Part shown: positions 14,263 through 27,821 of the stretch, one piece after another
How the letters are laid out: the number at the start of each line of letters is the position of its first letter
Position numbering within the stretch: position 1 is the first letter of the stretch
DNA from: Chrysomallon squamiferum
Lineage: Eukaryota > Animalia > Mollusca
NCBI GenBank assembly: GCA_012295275.1
Contig: CM022666.1
Span: 4,774,001-4,838,000, forward strand
DNA: 64,000 nucleotides
Direction of reading: 5' to 3'
Notes under the pieces: generated by a model
What the model saw: only the letters and a program-made list of their open reading frames with translations
Told to the model about the DNA's origin: nothing
The model's database searches: none
Position numbers and translations under genes: made by a program

Positions 14263-14411
14263 TGATATAAATTACTTCGATTGAGAAACTCTCCTCTTTA
14301 CATTCTTCAGCAATTGGAGACAAATTTTGTGGTATCACATGTCCAAGGTTTACATCAGGAGGATTATCTGTTCCATTAGACATCGCTGTGCTGTCATATT
14401 GGATTTCAGTG
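14263..14411 (+). other. Putative 5'UTR exon of copy A (149 nt)
   Basis: Acceptor cctctttccag|, donor agtg|gtgagt. Conserved at ~32998-33146 (donor mutated) and inverted at ~56776-56924. Confidence 0.6.
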
Positions 14412-14865
14412 GTGAGTATTTGTACACAGTGGTTTACTAGACATCAACCCTGGCATTTTATTTATTATTTATTTATTTATTTATTTTTAATTTATTTATT
14501 TTTTATCTTGACCTCACACAGGAATATTATCGATGTAAATATATCTTGGTATTATTTATTTTAATTTTTTTTTTTCTTGAAAGAATGTTATATAGAACTA
14601 TATGTACGTGTGTTTACTGTGTGGGAATTTGTCTTGGTAATAGTTATTATTTTATTTATTTATTTAACCATTCTTAAAAAAGCTTTTTATTTACACAAGT
14701 TAATTGTTTTTTTGTTTGTTTGTTTGCTGGAATAATGTTATATATAAGTGTATATAGTGTATGTACGTATTTATCTTGGTATTATTTATTACTACTAACA
14801 ATTGTTTTTTTTATTGGTCGTGTTTTACAGACTATTTCTCAAGGAAATAAAAGTTGTTACACAAA

Positions 14866-16759
14866 ATGGTACCAATTCGTCCAGTCATAGCCATTTCCTT
14901 TATGGTACTAAACTTGATACTCATCAGTTTCATTGTATCTGAAACATTAAACGAATTTCTGAATAGAGAAACCAACTTGTTGTTTGACAAGGAACTGTGT
15001 GTGAAAATCTCGTGCAAACCAGGAGAAAACTGTTGTGATGACAAATCTACGACAAGAACCAGGAACAATATCACGTATTGCTGTTACAGAGATGGAGAAA
15101 AAGTAATAAGTGAAATTATGAAAAAGGTAAATTCTGTATTTAGTTCTGAAAACTTATATTCCATAAATACATTAAATGGAAAGAAATATTGTTTTCTGTA
15201 GATATGAAATTAAGAAACACGGTAATTCTCTATAAAAATAATAAAAAGTAAAATTCTTTATAAATGAAATAATATTTGAATTATGAAAAGGAGAAATTAA
15301 TAGTGCTGAAAAATATTTATAAATTTAAAACTGATTATTGTGGACTAGTTTCAAATTGGTTATTAACATTCCTTTTAGAAACTTAGTGAAAGTCATACAA
15401 AAGCTGAGAAAAGTGGTAAGTTAATACAGACACATATATACACACTCAGACATACGTAAAAAGACAAAGTCGCAGAAACACAGACACACAAGAAAAGTCA
15501 TACACAAACACATACACAAACACAGACAGACAAACACTCAGAAAAAGACACACACACAAACATTTTTTTATAATTATGTATTTGTATGTATGTGCATATT
15601 TGTGTACAGTCTACGTATGTAAACATGTACAAGTGTATATTTGTGTGTGTGTGTGTGTGTGTGTGTGTTTCAGAATCAAAACTAAAGCAGATCAGAGACG
15701 TCGCTGATCTTTTGAATTTAGAAAATAAAAACACTGTGTACGAATCTATGTATGTATATATGAATCTATATATTTATACATGTATCTGTAGTCTACATGT
15801 GTCTGTATATATATATATATATATTTCAGAACAGAATCTTAAGCAGATCAGAGAGGTCGCTGATCGTCTGAATAATAAAAACAATGTGAAGACATTGGCT
15901 CATCTACAAATGGAAGTGAATGCAACATATGAGAAAAGTAAGAAAAGAAATAGTAGTAGTAGTAGTAATAGTAGAAGCAGTAGTAGAGCACTAGTAATAG
16001 TAGCATTAGAGTAGTAGTAATAGTAATAGAATAGTAGTATTAGTAGCAGAGTAATTTTACTCTGTAAAAAAGGTGATTTGGTAATAAATGTGGTAGTAGT
16101 AAAATAGAAGTAAAAGTAGTAGTTGATCTGGTAAAAGTAGTTGTAGTAGTAATCACATAGTTATTAGTAGTGGTTAGGAAATAATAGAAGAAATTGTGAT
16201 AACAATAGTATTAGCACGTTAGTAGTAAAAATATCAATGACGGTACTAAAGTAGTCAATAGCAGTAGGTTGTAGTAGTTGTAGTTAATATTACTAATATA
16301 TTTCTATAACTGTTGACAATTTAAAATCAAAATATTATTTAAAAATAATTTATTCTTACAAACTTTTCAGACACACCGAAGCCTCTCATCAAATGGACGT
16401 CGTCTGGTAAAAGATCGTTTGTGAAAGGAGGTGTGGCTGTTGTCGCTGACGGGATTCAAATCAAAGAAGCTGCTTACTACTTCATATACAGCAACGTTTT
16501 ATTCCATGCCAACCAACTCAGAGAGCTAGAATACGCTAGGCTGTGTCACTCTATTGAAAAATATCCAAATTATGAAGTCCTCTACAGAAATCCTCAAACA
16601 ACATGCAAAGTAGGAAGAGACAAGGAAGGTTTTGTTCCTTCCTACATTGGAGCTGTTTACTACCTGAAAGCCAATGACACTGTAGTGGTGAGAACATCAG
16701 TTGTGAACAGAATTTTGAGAGATCCTGAGACAACCTACTTTGGCCTGTATATGCTGTAA
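14866..16759 (+). CDS. TNF-superfamily ligand, copy A, 264 aa, apparently intact
   Basis: Exons 14866-15126, 15379-15415, 15830-15937 and 16371-16759, all GT-AG, intron phases 0/1/1, total 795 nt. THD motifs AHL, KW, YYFIYSNVLF, SYIGAVYYLKANDTVVV and TYFGLYML*. N-terminal hydrophobic stretch VIAISFMVLNLILISFIV. Confidence 0.9.
15674..15740 (+). repeat. Partial duplicate of the 5' half of coding exon 3 with its own acceptor
   Basis: tttcag|aatcaaaactaaagcagatcagagacgtcgctgat (ESKLKQIRDVADLLN) versus exon 3 EQNLKQIREVADRLN. Also present at ~55464-55527 (-) and as a remnant at ~34383-34440. Confidence 0.75.
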
Positions 16760-16922
16760 AAATTTTACGAGAGGCCTCAATTATAACTGTTCATATATAA
16801 TTTTCTGTACGCCCACTGTATCTATGGACTTGTATATATAAAACGATTCTTTTACTTTAACATTATCGTGAAACATTTATATTATACATACTTGAATCTT
16901 TCTTTAAAGTCTTCAGTGGGGG

Positions 16923-16964
<42 letters not shown>

Positions 16965-17154
16965 TTGTGTTTTTTTGTGAATTGTGATGTTGGTATATCT
17001 AACCTGTTTAAATTTATTTTTATATTTCTTCCATTACTAATTAGTTATGCTATTGGAATATGGTTTAAAATGATTACATAATTGCTGGCGATACATGAAC
17101 TGAATAAGAGTAATTAACAACGAAGCGGAGGAAGCCCCATTCAATCAGTACTGC

Positions 17155-17310
17155 TGTACTATGAGGCATTATTACTGTACTATGAGGCATTATTATTGTA
17201 CTATTAGTCAGTACTACTGTACTATGAGGCATTGTTACTGTACTATTAGGCATTATTATTGTACTATGAGACATTATTACTGTACTATGAGGCATTGTTA
17301 TTGTATTGCA
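17155..17310. repeat. 21-bp minisatellite (tgtactatgaggcattattac)
   Basis: About 7 units. An inverted partial copy at 53950-54020 abuts the gap. Confidence 0.9.
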
Positions 17311-17868
17311 GTGCACAAAGCCACCGAGTTTGTCCAGGACTGATTTGTTTCACTGAATCCCGAGAGTCATGAATACTAACAAGTAATAGATAATTTTCTG
17401 TTACTTGCTTTCAATTACAAAATTACAAAATATTTTTGGAACACACTGGGTTTTCCACCCAAGCTATAAATAAGTTGTCAGGTCAGTGGTTGAAGTTGTC
17501 AACCGAATTATTAATAGACGGATTTAGAAAGTTTGAATGCACTATTATTGATATAAATAAATATATCTGCTGTTGTGGTTGTTGTTGTTATTGTTGTTGA
17601 AAATGAATATGAACACCGATACATTTTTCAATTTTTATTATTATTATTTTTCAGGTCTGTTCATTAACAAAGCAGTAACTAGGTCACGAACGCCATTTGC
17701 AAGACAGTGCACCCATTCATAAATGTTTTAAAAATGAGTGTGTATGTTTGTGTGTTTCTTAAGATTAAGGATTCTGAGAAATAATAAATAACTTTCTTCT
17801 AGAACTGAGCTTTCCATCCAGGCTATAAATTTTACTTCATAATCAGTAATAAATAAAGCTTGTAAAAC

Positions 17869-17904
<36 letters not shown>

Positions 17905-18994
17905 CAAATGTATAATTAGTTAAAAACAATGGTAAAAAATAAATAAATATTTAAAAAAACAATGATTAAAATTAAAGTTAAAAAAATGTATAAGGGTATA
18001 TGTGTGTGTGCGCGCGCACAGTATGATAGTAAATGATAGTAAAAACACTATACACTATTGCGCGTCGTAACTCTTGCTAATACGCATGCGCATTTATTGA
18101 AAATTATGTCTAAACCGTAAATAAAATGTATGAAAAACTGGTTTGTTTCACTAATGTTTATTCCCGATTCAACGCCCTGTTTTAGCCAATATAGCGTAGC
18201 CAACCAAAATGGATCCGTTTTCAGGCTGTCTGAGCAAACCCATAAGGAGTAGTATTTCGTGCATTTTAAAGTTATGGAAATAAGAAGAAAGTAACGCGTC
18301 TACTTTTTGTGAAGCAATATTTCTGTATTCATATTTCTGGCAATCTGCCTTACATATCATCATAGTCATGTCCACACCAAGAACAAAAGCTGTCCCAAAA
18401 CTAATCCTACATCTGCAAGTATTTGTAAAGAGGCATGCGCGGAAAAGTGACAGGAAGTTATTAATTACCATAATTTATATATATAATCATGCATCTGATC
18501 AGACGGTCATCTCTGCTTTTTAAATAAGATTTTATTTAATAATTTCAGTTTTTATTATCTCTGAAGTGTCAAGAACGTTGTATTTACGTTTATATGAGAT
18601 GGAAATATCACCAACGTAGAATGAAATTTACACACTGCTGTCAAAAATACGTTATTTTTATACTATTCGTAGTGTATTAATATGATAACTGTCTCTTTTA
18701 CTTTAACGACGTCAGTAAGTACATTTTTAATCAACCGTTATATGACCCCATATTTACTGTTAAAGACCACATAGATACATATCGTAAAATAAAATTCTAC
18801 ACAGCTAAACAGTGCAGGTTACTCTATTTTTGAATAAAAGCCAGGAATAATTAATATGCACATATATATAAATACATAGCTTAATATACTTAATATTGAT
18901 GTATATAATAAATAAATAAACAGTAATACAAAAATAACTTATTAATAACTAAATGGAAAATAAAATATATTTCAGTCATTTATCTGATTAACAC

Positions 18995-19194
18995 NNNNNN
19001 NNNNNNNNNNNNNNNNNNNNNNNNNNNNNNNNNNNNNNNNNNNNNNNNNNNNNNNNNNNNNNNNNNNNNNNNNNNNNNNNNNNNNNNNNNNNNNNNNNNN
19101 NNNNNNNNNNNNNNNNNNNNNNNNNNNNNNNNNNNNNNNNNNNNNNNNNNNNNNNNNNNNNNNNNNNNNNNNNNNNNNNNNNNNNNNNNNNNNN
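18995..19194. other. Assembly gap (200 N)
   Basis: Run of N. Confidence 1.
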
Positions 19195-19257
19195 TAAAGT
19201 TGTAACACATTTACTGTGTGTGATTACTAGGTCACAGATATGTAAATTTATTTTTTA

Positions 19258-19307
<50 letters not shown>

Positions 19308-19704
19308 CAACAACAACAATATTTAAAAAGTACTACTAATAATAACAAGTTAACATTTAAATACAATTAGGTTTTATTTACATTTTTAATTACTTTTTAT
19401 ATCATTGATTTTAATACGTAATTCGATCATTCTCATTATTACTAAAACTAGTACTAATACAATTACTATTATTTCTACTGCTACACTACTACTGCTATTT
19501 CTATTACCACTACTGTTGTGTTATTATGACTAGCGCCACTACTATTATTACTATTACTTCTACTACTACTATTAATTTTATAATTATTATTATTACACAT
19601 ACTACCACTATTATTGCAACAACACAAACTACTGCTACTACCACTACCGATACTGCTATTATTATTATTATTATCATTATTATTTATTATTATTATTATT
19701 TTTA

Positions 19705-19759
<55 letters not shown>

Positions 19760-21083
19760 AATTATTATTTGTATTAGTAGTAGTTGTAGTAGTAGTAGCA
19801 GTAGTTGTATTATAGCTGTTGCCATTGTTGTTGTTGTTTATTTTCATACACTATTAGTCACCCAGTATTTCTGTAATACAAACTATGAATTATTTTGACA
19901 GCTGATGATGAAGGTGACGATGACGTATTGAGAGAGAAAACTAAAAAGCCTAAATCTCTGATTGAAAATATTCGACTAGGTGCAAAGAAATTCTGTATTC
20001 AGATGAGTATTACGTTTACCTGTCTCCGTATATATATATATATATATATCAGAGAATGATAAGGAAGACAACTCTTTCATACTCAAGGTCTTTATCTCAA
20101 GAAATGCTTGTTGTTGCTATTGTTGTTAATGTAGTATCATTATTAGTAGTAGTATTATTGTTATTGTTGTTGTTATTTATAACTATTGTTATTGTATCAT
20201 TGTTGTTGTATCATTAGTTTTCATCAAGGTAGTCTAAACACATTTTATACCAAATGCTGTTTTCACTGTAGTTGTGTGACTCCGTGTTTATGGCTGTGTA
20301 GAGGTGTCAGACCTTGTACTAGCCAAGCAAAGTTTCAAAAGACTGGGTCTCCATCACGATATTGTAAGTTTGATCTGTGAGTTTTGGTGTTTTTTTTTTT
20401 TTAAATACTTCTTTTTTAGTTGATTTTTTCTTTTTTTTTTTATTCCATATGTAACTGGAAATGAAACAAAAGTTACAGAATTACGTAATTTGAACATCCA
20501 GGATACAGTATTATTCCAGTATAGTACATACCATGTAATTTATATATCCAGGTAGAGATACATTATTAAAGACTAATAGAGTACAGTACTTACCATGTAA
20601 TTTATATATCCGGGGATAGATAGAAAATGAAAGAATTTAACAAGTCATGACAGAGAGTTTTATCAAATATAAATTTAAATCTGTAAGTGCATTTGTCTTA
20701 GTTGTGTTTATGTGAAAACTCAGATTATATTTCTACATGTCTGAGTGTTTATCAACCTTAAAAACACTAATTGAAGTAACATTTTTTCTTATATTTGTTT
20801 AAATTTCAATTATCTGTTTTTATAATTTACTTAATTTACTTGATCTACATAAGAAGGTAAATTATTTCTGTCTAAGATGGTCTCTTGAATATTAATATTC
20901 TTTTAATTTCAGTTGTAAAGAATATTTTATTTGTTACTATGTGATCATTATAGTTATTTTATTGTTATCATTATTAGTTAAACTATTGATTTATTAATTT
21001 AATTAATGAATATTTTTTGTGTATAGTTTTATTTAATTTATAGTTGTTATTATTTAATTACTTATCCTTATTAATTATTAATG

Positions 21084-21124
<41 letters not shown>

Positions 21125-22815
21125 TTTTCATATATATATGAACTAAACTTATTCCATGAAATTAATTCTTTTTTTCACGTTCTCTCTTTTCATCTTTTAA
21201 CAGATCTGGTTTTGTCAGGCTAAGAATAATTTTTAAAACCAGCGAGGATCAGACAATGAAAGATTCATGAAAAGAAATAAATTAAAAAACTTTAAAATAT
21301 TACATTCTCATAATTAATAACAAAGGTTGTCATGGCCATCATCCTACATCATCATTATTCAGAATTTTACTGTCAAGATACTCATTCAAAAATTCAGTGT
21401 CAACCTCATCGTTCATAATTTATTGTCTACATCATCATCCATAATTTTATTAACAAAATAATCACTGACATTCCTCATCGTTCACAAAAGATGGACTCTG
21501 CTTCAGGTTTTATTTACTATTATTTTAGGTTTTACTCACATTGTACAATGCATATTCTTGAACAATAGATGTTCTATTTACAATGAATGTTCTTGAACAA
21601 TAGCTGTTCTATTTACAATGGATATTCTTGAACAATAGATGTTCTATTTACAATGGATGTTCTTGAACAATAGATGTTCTATTTACAATGGATGTTCTTG
21701 AACAATAGATGTTCTATTTACAATAGATGTTCTTGTACAATAGATGTTCTGTGTACAATGTATGTTCTTGTACACTGGATATTCTTTGTACAGTGGATGT
21801 TCTAGTACAGTTAATATTCTATGTAAAATAGGCGTTCTTCTGCAGTGGATGTTCTGTATACAGTGACTGTTCTTCAGTCTGTGTCCTGTGTAAAAAAAAT
21901 GATCTTGTACAGATGTTCTGTATACACTGTACATTGGATACTCAAGTACAGTAGATGTTCAGTGTACAGTGAATGTTCTTGTATGGTTGATTTTCTATAT
22001 AAAGTGACTGTTGAAAGTTAAATGGTCATTGATTGGTTTATAATGAATAATACAAGTTAAGTTGATGTTCCAGTTAAAAATGATTTTCTTTATACAGTAT
22101 GTACTCATGTATTGAAATTATCAGAGTAATAAATGTTTATATAGATGTTAAAACTAAAATGTCATGAAAAATTTCCATAATAAACAATCTGTTTAAAGCA
22201 TTTTTGTTTTTTCAGAATAAGAAATATTTTTAGAAGCATTTCACAATCATAAATATTATTATTAATAATTTTATTATCATCATGATCATTAATTTTATTA
22301 TCACTATCATCATCATAATTACTACTACTGCTACTACTATTAGTATTACTAAATAATCAACATTATTAGTATTATTCTTACTACTACTACTACTATTTAT
22401 ATTAGTGCTGCTGCTGCTACTACTACTGCTAGTAAATTTATCATCATCATCATTATTATTGTTTGATGTTGACATTGTTGTTACATAAAGTCTACAGTGA
22501 TACCTCTGGTCACGTGTTCATTATTTTTATTACTTGGATATTTACTTTAAAAGAAATACAAATGTCTTGTTCTGAATTTGTGATTTTCTTCCTTTCTTTT
22601 GTTATCTTTTTTCTTCTTTTTTCTTTTTTTAATATCAAGTAAAATTAAAAAGCGCATTTTTCAACTCACTTTTCAGTTCTGACCAGTCAGTGACATGATT
22701 TAAATTTTTATTTTGTAAAGCAAAATGTGTATAGTTTATAGACAGTATGTTAAATATTGCTGTTATATAACAATGTACATATCACATACTTATATAGATA
22801 CACCTATATATATGC

Positions 22816-22894
<79 letters not shown>

Positions 22895-25119
22895 TATTCA
22901 TATATCATGATCCGAGCAATGTTGATAAATAGCTGTTTGCTAAGCGGGGCAGGTCATACAAAATGCACGGCCCTCGTATTTACGACCTACAATGACATCG
23001 CAGGCTGGGAAATGTATACCTATCTTGCTATTGCCCCGATATCTTATTTCACAACGTTCACAACTTGTTTCAATGACGCAGTTACTGCTACCTCTAGTCT
23101 ATATAAACACGCTGAACAACCTGACACAATTTTCGATTGACTGAACTGCGCGTGTCAGTGTCTGTTTTAAGTCACAGAATAAAAACAGTCTGATATTTGG
23201 CGTGCCCTAACTCTTGTCAATACGCCTGCGCATGGATTCATGAAAGCTAAATTTACATCACATAATAGTTCCCTCATTGTTGGTACACAGACCTTACTTA
23301 ACCTTGACTGATTGCTTACCCAGGCATTAGATTTTGCAGATTTCAGGCATTTCTTAACCCGGTATGAAGTTAAAATAAGATCGAATCCTCCTAATAGTTA
23401 ACTAGAATCCGCATATCCATAAAGAAATAATAAATCGTACAAAGACTTAAGATCTTTTATTTTATAAAACGAAAATGAAAGAAAAATTTAATTTTCTGTT
23501 TAAAAAATAAAAATATGAAATATTTACTGTTCAATTCCAGAAAGAAATAACTAGTTCTTTTATCAAAAGTAAAAGTTTACAAATTAATTTACTGTCAGAG
23601 TATTTTTAAAGTTAAAATTAGCAGGTCACAGAATGTTTGCCGCTGTCTGGTGACCTCATCAAACGATTCTTTATCCGGTCTTCTGTATGATATATATAAA
23701 CTGATCTTACTCCATGAAATCAATTCATTTTTTCACTTTCTTTCTTTTCATCTTTTAACAGATCTGGTTTTGTCAGGCTAAGGTTAATTTCTGAGTAATA
23801 TTTTAATTAAAATTTGCATAATAAACGATCTATTTAAAGCATTTATTTTTTCTTTTCACAATAAGGAATTTTCTTTTTAGAAGCATTTCAGAATCATTAA
23901 TATTATGATTATTAATTTTATTATCATCATTATTACTATTGCTATAATAATCATCATTATTAGTATTATTCTTACTATTACTACCATTTATAGTAGTGCT
24001 GCTGTTGGTACTACTACTATTAAAATTATCATCATCATTGCAAAACTGTTAAAAATCACCAGTACATTCATTTTATAAATAGTTTAAAAGTAGGAATACC
24101 CGAGTAGTTTTTATAAATAGCTTTTTGTTAAGCGATACAAAGTGCAACGAGTTCTCGACATACCTTAACGGATGATTGTCCCGATATCTTATTTCACAAC
24201 CTGCTTCAGTCACGTGATCACTGTTACCTCTAGTCCATATAAACACGTTCAACAACTGAAACGATTATAAAAATCAATAAATAGTTTGCTTCTGTCATGG
24301 AAAATAATCCAATTTCTACGGAGCTTGCGTTGATATATATTACAGGGCATAGCTGGAATGTATTAGGACCTTTGAAATTAGATAATGTAGATATTCTGGA
24401 TTAAATGTTTTAAAATTTATTTATGGTTAGACTATCAAAGAGAGATAGAATAAAAAAATAATAAAATACCTGGTTAATATTTAGTTGTTACGTTTTTCTT
24501 TGTTTGTTTCTCTTCATGCACGTACATCATATGCACTTGGCATAGTTTAGTTTCTATCCCTGAGTCCCATCATTCGGGAACTGAGCAATATACAAAGACA
24601 ATGCCATCCTGTAAATTGTGCCTGTTGCCAACCTGCCAATAGAGATCCCTTTAAAGATCACGACAAAATCTGGTACAGAGTAAAATTATCCCAATAATAG
24701 ACCCCCACAAAAAATTACTTGGTAAGTTAGACGAGAATCGCAAATATTAGTATAGTATATTTCTATTTTAAGATTTAAAAAACTCAAAATATTTAATATT
24801 TCTTAGGTTTGTGTGGATGTGTGTAGGTTTGTAGACTGTGCTACTAAAAAGATCTGGATTTTTTTTTCAAGAAACTTAAGATGTCAGACACTTGTGTTGT
24901 GAGTTTTGTTAATCTCAAAATACTAGTAGTTCAACAAAAGAAACATTAAAACAACAAAAAAAACATACTTAGCTTTTTGCCGACTGTCTAAAAGGCTAAT
25001 CTAATCTCGGTCTGAATACATTTTACTCAAGCGAACACGTATTTGTGGCTAAGTCATTGTTTTCGTTTAGTCTTTTAATTTTTGGAAAGAATATTCTGTG
25101 GTGGTGTCTATGTGCTCGC

Positions 25120-25150
25120 GTTTGTGTGTGTGTGTGCGTGTGTGTGTGTA

Positions 25151-25192
<42 letters not shown>

Positions 25193-25380
25193 TGTGTGTG
25201 TGTGTTACTGTGTGTGTGTGTCTGTGTGTGTTTGTGTGATTGTGTGATTGTGTGTGTGAGTGTGTGTGTGTGTGAGCATGTGTGTGACTGTGTGAGAGTA
25301 TGTGTGTGTGTGTGAGTGTGTGTGTGTGTGAGTGTGTCTGTGAGTGTGTGTGTGTGTGTGTGAGTGTGAATGTGTGCGTG
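25120..25380. repeat. (GT)n compound microsatellite
   Basis: Directly visible. Confidence 0.95.
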
Positions 25381-25529
25381 TCTTTTTCTTGGTTTTATTT
25401 ATTATTTAACTTTTATTTTCTCAAATAATGTTAATTATGTCCGGTAATTTTGTTTGTGCCTTTATCTTGGTATTACTGATTACTAATAACATTTTTATCA
25501 TGTTTGACACAGACTGCATCTAAAGGAAA

Positions 25530-25791
25530 ATGAAGTCACTTCTTCCAGTCCTTGCCATTTCTCTTATAGTACTCAGCTTGACATTCATCAGTTTCATTGT
25601 ATCTGAAACTTTAAAAGAATTTCTGAATAGAGAAACCAACTTGTTATTTGATAAGGAACTGTGTGTGAGATTTTCGAGCAGACCAGGAGAAAAACTGTTG
25701 TGATGATAAATCTACGATCAGAACCAGGAACAATGCCACATATTGTTGTCATTGTGATGGAGAAAAAGTGATCAGTGAAATTATGAAAAAG
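25530..25791 (+). pseudogene. Orphan TNF-like coding exon 1 with a +1 frameshift
   Basis: MKSLLPVLAISLIVLSLTFISFIVSETLKEFLNRETNLLFDKELCVRFSSRPGE is followed by an extra A (262 nt vs 261) that gives a stop. The donor aaaag|gtaaat is retained, but no downstream TNF exons follow directly. Confidence 0.85.
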
Positions 25792-27821
25792 GTAAATTCT
25801 GTTTTAAATTCTAAAAAAAATCCATGAATACTTTTTGAACACACAAACATGAAAAATCTCGTCTGATATCAATTGCTTTATATTCAGTGACATCAGATTC
25901 TCTGAAATATTATGTTTGAATGTGTAAAGAAATTTGTTTCCATAATCTATAAGATAAATGAGGAATTTAGTTGTGTCATAACAACATTTTTCATTTCAAT
26001 AAAATAAAATCTTAATTCTTCAAACAAAAAAAAAAAAAAAAAAAAAACAGCCCGCAGATCATAATTAAGAACATGTCATGGCTGTCATCCCACATCATAA
26101 AATTTCATTGTTGTCAGCATCATCATTAAGAATTTCATTTCAACATCATCATTCAGAATTTTACTGTCAACCTCATCTTTCAGAATTTTATTGTCTACAT
26201 CATCATCCAAAATTTCATTAACAAAATAATCAATGAAAACCATCACTATTCGTAAAACATGAACTGCTTCAGGTTTTATTTACTATTATTTTAGGTTTTA
26301 CTCACATTATACAATAGATGTTCTATGTACACTGGATGTTCTATGTACAATGGATGTTCCTGTACACTAAATATTCTTTGTGCAGTAGATGCTGTAGTAC
26401 AGTTGATATTCTATGTAAAATAGGCGTTCTTCTGCAGTAGATGTTCTGTATACAGTGGTAGTTCTACAGTCTATGTCTTGTGTAAAAACATGATCTTGTA
26501 CAGATGTTCTGTACATTGGATACTCAAGCACAGTACATGTTCAGTGTACAGTGAATGTTTTTGTATTGTAGATTGTAAACTGACTGATGAAAGTTATATG
26601 TTCACTGATTGGTTTATAATGAATAATACAAGTTAAGTGGATGTTCGAGTTAAAAAGGATTTTCTTTATGCAGTATGTACTCATGCACTGAAATTATCAG
26701 AGTAATAAATATTTATAAATGTGTTAGAATTAAAATTTCATCTAAAATTTGCATAATAAACAATATATTTGAAGTACTTATTTTTTTCGTTTTTTTTTAG
26801 AATAAGAAATTTTCCTTTTTCTAGTATAATTAGTATAGTTTATAGACAATCTATTAAACATTGCTATTATATAACCATATATATCATACATACACACAGA
26901 AATGTATATGTTACGTGTAATAATAAATAGATTTTTTTAGATCAGGGAATAATCCAATTTTTATGACTGTGCGCCTTCATGGATCTTGTGTAGATATATA
27001 CTGTAGTGCATAGCTGAAGTGTATTAGGTTATTTGAAATTAGATAATGTAGATGTTCTGGATTAAATGTTTGATAATTTATTTAGGGTTAGACAACAGAA
27101 GAGTGATTGAATAAAAAAATAATAAAATACGTAGTTAATAGTCAGTTGTTACGTTTTTCCCTTCTTTGTTTCTCACATGTAAATCACATGTATTTGGCGT
27201 AGTCTAGTTTCTATCATAAATGAAAAATAAATAAATAAAATCCCGAAATGTGATACTTATATTTGATGTATCACTTACCGAAAACATGATCAGAAGTCAC
27301 GCTCTAGTGTTTCTTTTACAACGACAACAGCTGTCGTAATACTAATAATAATAGTAATAATAACATGAAACCAGTACAACAGCAGTAATAAGGTTATACT
27401 TCGTTTGAATGAAAACGGACGCAGTTTCTCGGAAACTATTTTGAATTTCGTTTTCAACTCAATATTTTCTTCAAATGCAGCTATTTCTAACTCAAATATA
27501 GTAAATTATTTCGATAACGAAAAGACACTAGAAGGTAATTATATAGTAAGTCATTTTCTTCACTTACTCTTATTTTAATTATTTGAAAGAATATTTTGTA
27601 GTTTCCATAGTATCTGTGAGTGCGTTTCCTTGTGTGTTTCTGTGTGTGTGTGTTTTCTTGGTTTTATTGAATATATTACTTTATTTTTTGGAAGGATGTT
27701 ATTCATGTCCATATATCTGTATTTTGTGTGTGTCTTCTTCTTGATATTATTCATTAATATTAAAAAAAATGATTTTTAAATTTTTTGTTCATCTTTTACA
27801 GACTACTTCTAAAGGGATTAA

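Noticed and set aside
17074-17343. Repetitive peptides MRHYYCT / MPHSTVI
   Set aside because: They come from a 21-bp minisatellite with no splice or other coding support.
18972-19210. ORFs spanning X runs (also 53681-54034)
   Set aside because: They are artefacts of the N gaps.
21683-21934. ORFs with EHPLY/NIHC repeats (also 53348-53613 and 62151-62381)
   Set aside because: They derive from the ~19-bp minisatellite.
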